Position numbers and translations under genes: made by a program
NCBI RefSeq assembly: GCF_006345805.1
Contig: NC_043002.1
Location: 52,824,001-52,888,000 of the forward strand
Source: Octopus sinensis
Taxonomy: Eukaryota
Length of the DNA: 64,000 bases
Direction: 5' to 3'
Notes under the pieces: generated by a model
Seen by the model: only the letters and a program-made list of their open reading frames with translations
The model's database searches: none
What the model was told of the DNA's origin: nothing
In this document: positions 55,687 through 64,000 of the stretch, in pieces
Position numbering within the stretch: position 1 is the first letter of the stretch
Layout of the letters: each line of letters begins with the position of its first letter

Positions 55687-56705
55687 TTATAATAATGCTA
55701 TTTGTTTGTCCATGCTTTCCAATAAATTCTGCTAATTTATCCTTATTTTTCAGATTTTTCTGAATTTTTCAAATTATAAAAAGGAATTTATAGACTATTC
55801 TTTTGTTAATTACTTTTTTTTAGAGTCCTATGCAGTTGAGAGTAGACACCGAAACCCTCTTGGTTCCTCCACTCCTGACTCAACAGAGCATACAAGATAT
55901 CTCAGATGGATGGAGAGAGGGCTGCATGAGCATCAAGCACTTGGCTGGTATTCATTTTTGGCTGAGTTGATTGAAGCAACATGTAATGAATTATCTTGCT
56001 CAAGGACACAACGCAATGCCTAAACTAGGAATTGAACCCCTAACCTTATGATCATGAACTAAGTCTTTGAACTACCGGACAAATCAAGTGGAAACTAAAT
56101 ATACTATACAAACTGATCCTTCTCTTTTCCTTCTTTGCCAGTTTAGTTATATAGATCTGGGCATTCACCATTGCTGTAATTAGCATAAAGCACCTATATG
56201 AAACAGGGTATGGGACATTTCTAGTACGTGTCCCTTTAAACATATATATATTTTTACTTTATATATAATAATTAGTGAAGCAAAAGTTTAAGTTTGAAAT
56301 GCTACTATTTTTTTTTTTTTTTAATATTTTATGCAAAAGGGCTTTCAAGAGAGAAAAAAAAAGTGAGGAAATAAAACAGAAGACTAAAGTTTAAAGACTT
56401 GGAAAAGAGGAAAAATAGTAAAGAGAAAGGTGGTAGAATAATGCTATTTAGCAGACAAGCAGTAAAGAGTAAGTTTGACTAGCAAGCAGATGAGAAAGAA
56501 TGAGTAGAGTGAGTGAGCTAGTGAGTACTAAAAAGGAGCCTTTCAAATTAGATTTTAAAAAGTGTTTGAAAGAAAGGAACGAAAGGAAAAAAAAAAAATA
56601 AATAAAAGTGATGTAAGAAGGTAAGTGAAGAAATAGCCATTGCTAATAGAAAATGAGAAAAGATATTTGGTGATAGTTTTTTTTTTTCTTTGTTTGTTTT
56701 CTTAC

Positions 56706-56708
56706 CTT
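56706..56708 (-). CDS. NCX: candidate 3-nt microexon of NCX (adds one Glu: VNA-E-GDDD)
   Basis: Minus strand ttttctgtttttgtttttcag|AAG|gtaaga: long pyrimidine tract, CAG acceptor, near-consensus AAG|GTAAG donor; frame-preserving in the phase-1 intron. No transcript evidence available. Confidence 0.62.
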
Positions 56709-56901
56709 CTGAAAAACAAAAACAGAAAACTCAAGTTTTTTCTGCTTGCAGTTTAAAATGTCTTCCAAAGACTCCAGCAAGAAGCAATGCATACAATAAA
56801 AAAAATGGGAAAGAGAGAGAGAGAAAGAAAGAGAGAAAGAGGTTTGCATTATTAACATATACAAAAAGTAACATCGTCAATATTAAACCATAGGTACATA
56901 C

Positions 56902-56932
<31 letters not shown>

Positions 56933-58517
56933 CATACATATGTATATATGTGCATATACACAAACACATACATGCATACTGCATTCCTGCAATACATACA
57001 CTGTTATGGTCACATGAACCCACAGACAAAAGCCTGGACAATAATGGATCTTAATGCAAATAAAGGGCAGTAATTTCAAGAGGCAACAAAAAAAGAAAAC
57101 GTGTGCGAGTGTGGGTGGGTGGGGGGGGGGGGAAGGATGTAGCAAAGACAATAAGAGATATTAGGGAAAGAGGGAAAGGGTGAGGGAGGAACTGATAGGA
57201 ACAAAAGAGAAAAGATGACAAGGAGGAAAGGAGGAGACAGACAGACGAGAAAACTTTTGATTTGCAAAATAACCAATGAAAAACTAGAAAGAAGAATGAA
57301 AGAATAAAGAATTGGCCAAGTACATGGCATCTTGGAAAAGTATCTTGTACCATAGCCTCGAGTTGTCCCAAAGGTAGAGAGAAACTGTTTGGAAGCATAT
57401 CAAAGGAAACTGTCCTTGTAATTCTCAGGCCCAGCCTTGTCACACAGCCATGCTAATTCTCCTTGTGTGTTATGTTAAGGGTATGTCTGTGTGTGCAATA
57501 GTTAGCAACTGGCACCTTAATTCAGAGTAGGATGTTCCATTGATCAAACCATTGGACCACACACATTGTTGAAATCAGACAGACAGGGAGAGAGAGGTGG
57601 GGGTGGGTGGGTGAAAATAAAAGAGGAGAAAGAGTAAATGAGAGGTCACAACAGGTAGGACTTGAGCTTCATGCCCACTAAAGATTACTGGTATCCACAG
57701 AGCTACCTGTGTACAACTATGGTAAGGATTTAAACATAGTTACAAAAGCACATAATGAACTCTGCATGCTTTATAACAAACATATATTCATGGCACTTTA
57801 AAATTTTATGCATGTAAGCCATAACGCACATAAGCGACACTGTATACATACATATGCATATATGAAATACACATATCAACACTACTCTCGTGATTTCTGT
57901 TTTGGTAGTTAATTTGATAGGTTTTTGTTTTGTGCCTTGCATAAACTGACAGGAAGCGAAATTTGACAGTAAACAAGTCTGATTGCTACAGTGGTAAGAA
58001 ACAGAAACTGCACAACTAAGCAAAGAGCAAAAATAACACCAACAGCCAAAACAATGAAATACTGAATGAAATACAATGAAGCTTCACTGTAAACAAGCAT
58101 AACAAAACAAAAAACAGAAGGGGGGAAATATCTAGCAACAGGCATGGCAGGGAACAACAATAATATGGAGTTTGGTGGGGGGGAAAATACACTTTTGAAA
58201 ATCAAAGGGAGACAAATCGAAATCTTAGGCTTAATTTTGTTGTCACTGCAAAAGGAATTTCATTATGAAAAATAATCTTTTCTTCATTGCTTCCACCTGG
58301 CTAGCTGGCTTTGATGGATGAATGTATGATTGTTTTATTTGCCTATTATTTATTTATTTATATGCATTTCACAAAAGAAAAGAGGCAACTGTGAGAGAGA
58401 GAGAAATACCATCATTCACAAGTAGTCACCAGAGTTCTCCATGGAATGAGTTACACTATATCAGTATTCTCTTTTTAATAATAATAATAATAATAATAAT
58501 AATTATGATGATGATGA

Positions 58518-58804
58518 TGGACTCTCCTACTGAAGACAATGTACAAGTGTTCAGCTTTTGCTGGATGGCCTGCACAAATGATTTGTTTACAGTGATCAAA
58601 TGCATGTGCTGTACATAGCTCACTCCCTCCATCAAATTGACATTGCCCAGACAGGTGCATGGTGTACCAAGTGTCAGGTGTTGAAGTGATCCCCAGAGCA
58701 ATGTGAGATGAAGTGTTTTGCTCAAGAATACAATATACCACCTGCACTAAGAATTGAAACCACAATCTTGCAATCATAAGTGCAACACCCTCACCACTAG
58801 GCCA
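58518..58804 (-). mobile_element. SINE family B copy
   Basis: Reverse complement of 4775-5078. Confidence 0.87.
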
Positions 58805-58902
58805 ATAATAATAATAATAATGACAACAACAAAAATGATAATATCAATGATAATATTATTGATATTAAAATTATTATTATAATTATCATCATCATTACTA
58901 TT

Positions 58903-59208
58903 GGCATAGTGGTTAAAATGTTTACACTTACGATAGCAAGATTGTGGTTTCAATTCCTAGACTCGGTGGTTCATTGTATTCTTGAGTGAAACACTTCATT
59001 TCATGTTGTTCTATGATCATTTCAACACCTGACTTGTCCAGGAAGAGTCAATTTGATGGAGGGAGTGATCTAATATATGACATAAATTGAACACTGTAAA
59101 CAAAACATTTGTGCAGGTCATTCGACAAAAAAGCACTTATGTGTCAAACCCACCCCCAAAAAAAACACACTTATATGTCATTTTTGATGGGAGAGTCCAT
59201 CATTATTA
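58903..59208 (+). mobile_element. SINE family B copy
   Basis: Similar to 4775-5078; head-to-head with the previous copy. Confidence 0.85.
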
Positions 59209-60663
59209 TGTGCTAGTGAATGCCAGCAGCACTATTGAATAGTGGAATCGAACAGGTAGATGGGTAGGGTAGGTAAGCAGCCACAACCATACAATTTGAA
59301 GCAAGGGGTCAAAACTGAAAGGTCACAATATTTGTTGGGTACAGGAACAAAATCAATAATGAAAATAAAAAGATAAAAAATTATTTTAGAAATTCTATTG
59401 AAGAAGCCGAAATTATATAAAGTTTGTAATTATTTCAATTTAGAAAAATAAATTTTCTTCAAAGAATTTTTTTTTAAATGGAAAGAGAAAATTTTTTTTT
59501 ATGTATATGAAACAAAAATTAAAATGAAAAAAAAAGGAAAAGTATAAAAAATAAAAAGAAACAAAAAGTACAAAACAAAATAAAAAACAAAAAGTAAAAC
59601 AAAACCAAAAGAAAAGAAATAAAATTCTTTTAAAATGAAGTAAAAACAAAAGAAAAATACAGTGATGGGAAGGGTGAGAAATAATAATAATAATAATAAT
59701 AATAATGATATTATTGTTATTATTATTATTATTTTCTTATTTAGGCATAATGCTAGTCATGGGGTGAACGGGAACAGTGAAATATATTGACCCCCAGTTT
59801 TTGACTGGTACTCATTTTTTTTAAAAATCAATCTTGGAAGGATGAAAGGTGAAGTTGCCCTCTTAAACTTCCAGGCTTGATATAATGATAGTAAGAAGAG
59901 GAAGAATGTAACAACGAAGAAAAAATTTTTTACAAATGGTACATAAAAACAGTGTGACAGCGTAGCAAATAATATCGAAATCATTCATAAACATGTTCAG
60001 ACAGGGTTTACAACCGATACGGGAGAAGAGTATTGCGAGAGTCTCTGGATGAAATGATAACAACCTTTTTGTGACGCAAAAATGCGGCGAGAGTTTTCAT
60101 CAGAAAACTGGTCAAACTTTAATAGTCATCAGATAGGCTTCTAAAAACAACAGACACTCAAACTAACAATATTGATAAGAATAGCAGCACGTTTCATATG
60201 TTTAACAGACTTTATAACCAAATAGTTTGAATCTCAGCTGCCAGTTTTATTAGAAGAGGAGCTGTAATTGCTTGAATCAACATCTAGTATGTCGCTATAC
60301 TTATCTTATCAACAAGCATGAATTTCCAGTTCAAATCTGTGTGGCATTTTGGTGTATATCTCAACTTATATTTCTGTCATTAAAATAATTTTTATTTTTT
60401 CACATATGTAGTTGCTGAGATATTTTTCAAGGGTAGAACACAAATTTGTGACATTCATGCTTTAACCAAAAGGCAAAAGTGATGAAAAAGAATAAAATAA
60501 AATGTTTCCAACCTGGCTGAGAATGGAAACTAAGTCATTGAGAATTTACTCCATTGCAGTGGTACTCATTCATGAATAACAATAACAGTGAGAATAACAA
60601 TAAAATAGTTGATATTAATACTGGTCTATATTCATACATTGAATACATATCATATCATATATA

Positions 60664-60710
<47 letters not shown>

Positions 60711-60769
60711 ATAAAATTTGCACATGGATTTTATAATTACTCAGTATGTATGTATGTGTGTGTGTCTTC

Positions 60770-61470
60770 TATTTTTTAATTATTATAATTATGAGGAGAC
60801 AGCAGGTTTCCGACAAAGATACAAGGCTCCATCTTTGGAATGTAGTTAACACAGACAAATTCACATTTGGAACCTGAGAAAAGTCTTGCATATTTTTACT
60901 ATTCCACACATAGATTGCACTTGTAATGTACGAATTAGCCGGTTGATTTCTCTTTCTGAAAGTTCCAGTTTATCTAGATCCTCCTTTAAGCATTTACAAA
61001 CAAAATCTAATACTCCAATTATTATTGGTGTGAATATCAATTCATAGTCTAGATATAGAAGCTGGAGGTTTTGAAACAGCTGTCCATAAATATTCTTTTT
61101 TTGTTTTTGATTTTCAAAGAGATATTTATATCTACAGAGTAGCTGACATCTATGATGGTACATACCTTGGCCCCTCTGTCCCAAACAACAATATCCAGCC
61201 AGTTATGTTTATATTTGACAGAAGTTTTGATGGGAATATTCCACCAGTATTCTTTGAGTTGGTGTTTAAGAATGTATTCTATAACAGAGGGATTTTCTAA
61301 GTTTATTTCAGGACAGTCTTTTTTGTGGATGGCATTGTAAATTGTTTTAGCAACAACATTGTGCCACATAAAGAGGTAGTACCATGATGACATTTTAGGA
61401 CAACTGCTAATCACATGCATGATGTCTTCCACAGAAACATGACATAGCTAACACATGAGGTTGCACCTTG
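60770..61470 (-). mobile_element. R4/Dong-like non-LTR retrotransposon 3' end (CCHC knuckle plus restriction-like endonuclease), frameshifted
   Basis: C*LCHVSVEDIMHVISSCP (CCHC), WHNVVAK (RHN.VA), HNWLDIVVWD (RPD), IIDVS, K...IYGQL, PIIIG across ORFs 61049-61432 and 60861-61184. Confidence 0.9.
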
Positions 61471-63104
61471 GGATTACAAGAGCTCACTATGTTTAATGAT
61501 TGCATTTTTCAATTAAATGGAGCCACTTGAAACAGTCGTACTGCATTGCTACTTGATATCCTGTTGCTTATTTTGATTTATATATATATAATGTGCACAC
61601 ATACATACAGAGTTGCTATAAAATCAATGTGCAAATTAAAATACTTGTAGCATGATAGAATTAAATTGCACATGGACTTTATAGACCCCCTATATATATA
61701 GGTGCATGGAGCAGGAAGCTCCATGCAACTTAAATTTATATGAGATTGTTCATTGAACTGAATTCATCAGACCAAGAGATTTGATGAATGAATCTAAGAA
61801 ACTCTAAGCTGCATGGAGCTGAATAAAAAAATAATATATAAATATAAAACTAATAACTATTTGATTGCATAATACACACACATATATATGTTACATAGAT
61901 GTTATATATATATATTTATTTATTTATTTATTGTGTATGTATGAATATAGTAGAATTAGTAAATATCAACTATTACACACACACACACTTATACAAAGTC
62001 ACAACATAAGTGACCATTTAAACTACATTATGTGAACTGCAGAGAAACTACCTTAAAAATTGATTGGAAAATTAAGTCATTCACTTTAACCAAACAAAAT
62101 TAATCAGAGAGAATAGAAAATGGAGAACAATTCTAACAGATGCTGCTTCCCACAGAAATACTAAATTGCAGACTGGTAACAGTAATAGCAGCCTAAAAAC
62201 AATGGCTAAGAAAGAATAAGTAGAAGTTGCAGTTTACTTGGATCTTATAAGCCTAATTCCTATGCAAGTTACTAACATCAAAGAGACATGAATGGAAAAG
62301 AAAGTAAAAATCAATAAATTTTCTTCTTCTTTTTTAGCTAAATAGTTTAATTTAGTTCAGTAGAGAACATCTGCTACTGAGTACCATAATACAGAGGTGT
62401 ACTAAACCTCAGGTCAGCACGATATACAGAAGAGGAATCAATTGCTTCCATTTTTTGTTTTGTATTATGGTATCCTTTATTTTATATTAGAAGCCTGTTA
62501 CTTAAAAAACAAATATTTTAAAAAATTGCTTACATGCATGAATACATGAATCACTAAATGCACTGATATTTCCCCCACTTTTTTCTATTATTTATGATAC
62601 ATATTACAAAATTCAAAGTTTTATGCTTTTATTAACCAGACTTAAGCCTCCCTTAGAATTGCATAATGGTACTGCTAATAATGCATTTTTCTCTCTCAGC
62701 AACAGTAAATTCAATAACAGCTGTCACTGGTCTTACCAAACATAGTAAAAGTTTCATGGCAAGTTCACAAAATCTACGATACTTATAGCATCATTTATGA
62801 TTAATATAATTTATTGCATTTATCCAGCCTAAAGCAAGATATTTGGCATGGTACTAGATCAAGATGTAAGCTAAATCGCAACACAATAATACATAATTGC
62901 AACACACTCAAATCTCTGATGTGTAATACACAGAAAAGATAAACAATTTTTCAATATCAGATGATTATAAAGTTTCTTTTTAATAACTAAGAATAAAGAA
63001 TAGGTAAATATTTTCAAAAGAAAGTCGATCATTTACATACAACTCGCATACACTCACCACTATATATACACATATTTATACACACAGTGCAGTAGTTTAC
63101 TGAC

Positions 63105-63204
63105 CTGCATTGACTGTTATGGCCTCAATGAACTGTTCTCTCCAGGAAGAAGTGCTAACGACAAGAGATAAGTTAGCTTTCTTTAGTAACTTGTCAACCA
63201 CACT
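63105..63204 (-). CDS. NCX: Na+/Ca2+ exchanger internal exon (end of large cytosolic loop), 100 nt, phase 0 to 1
   Basis: Minus strand reads ccttttatcttttcag|AGT GTG GTT GAC ... GTC AAT GCA G|gtcagt and translates to SVVDKLLKKANLSLVVSTSSWREQFIEAITVNA. This matches the SLC8 segment STVDKLIKKTNLALVVGTNSWREQFIEAITVSA. Not in the ORF track; upstream exons are outside the window. Confidence 0.96.
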
Positions 63205-63499
63205 CTGAAAAGATAAAAGGAAATGTGATTTGATTCCAAATGGTAGCAGGTAAATATTTCATCCTCACAGTTAATCTAGGTTAGGTGAGGGACGTTAGAG
63301 GGAATAGCTGGGTGTGTTTGTTAGGTTCTCAGACAACCAGACAAAATACTGGCAGTTTTCAACCTAACATTACACTATGTGTTTTTTTTAATGGTCAAGT
63401 TCACCAAGTTGAAAATAGACACCCTATGTTCAGAACAACTCACCATTATAAGCAATAACATTGCAGAGCGATATAGTGTAATGTCAGTGTGTACGGATG

Positions 63500-63740
63500 A
63501 CAAAGAACAGATTTGTCGAGAGAAAAATTGGGTATAAGAAGAAAAAGTGTGCTAGTGGCACAACTGCAGTGGTAAGGGCAAGTGATGCATACAGCTGATG
63601 ACAGTTTGGTGAAGGAGTGCCAGGAGATCTACATAGAATTACAAAAAAATGGAAGCAGAAGATATGGGTAGGAGTGGTGAAATCTGATCTCAAGATGCTG
63701 AACTTCATAAAGGAACACAATAGATAAGTGATGGGACACT
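63500..63740 (+). mobile_element. highly degenerate RTE-like LINE 3' remnant
   Basis: Fragments LVKEC and WVGVVKSDLKMLNF resemble the RTE C-terminal W..VV..DL motif. Confidence 0.35.
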
Positions 63741-63809
63741 TTTAAAACCAATAAAGCCAGCGATTGTGATAGCATAGTAAAATTGACAAGTAGCTAGTTA
63801 GCATACAGT

Positions 63810-64000
63810 GGGCACTTTGTCAATTGTAATGATGACCATTCCAACTGACCTGGTCAACAGAACAGCCTGCTAGTGAAATTAACGTGTCAGTGGCTGAGCA
63901 CTTCAGAGACACATGTACCCTTAACATAATTCTCAGGGAGATTCAGTGTGACACAAGATGTAACAAGGCTGGCCCTTTGAAATACAAGTATAACTCACTT
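63810..64000. mobile_element. SINE family F, cut by the window end; inverted partial copy at ~57410-57560
   Basis: cccttaacata...acaaggctgg is shared in reverse complement with 57430-57482. Confidence 0.7.

Overview
AT-rich, microsatellite- and SINE-dense animal genomic DNA. The repeat landscape and the protein point to a coleoid cephalopod (Octopus-like); this is inferred, not searched. The only real gene is the 3' part of a minus-strand Na+/Ca2+ exchanger (NCX/SLC8 family). Its four in-frame GT-AG exons are 63105-63204, 39905-40015, 37080-37238 and 35612-35988 (TAA stop); the 5' part lies beyond the window end. The 23-kb phase-1 intron holds a strong candidate 3-nt microexon (AAG, 56706-56708) and a weaker 36-nt cassette exon (46976-47011), both landing just before the acidic linker and the LPSC motif. 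The rest is tRNA-headed SINEs, DNA-transposon MITEs, CR1/RTE/R4-Dong LINE ends, a tRNA-Phe pseudogene and simple repeats. Other signals: a repeat-free ~9-kb block after the stop codon (possible very long 3'UTR), CpG loss in SINE copies right of ~9.2 kb, a 113-bp insert with hammerhead-like motifs, a local inverted insertion and several intronic inverted repeats. Nearly all ORFs in the supplied track are microsatellite or repeat artefacts.
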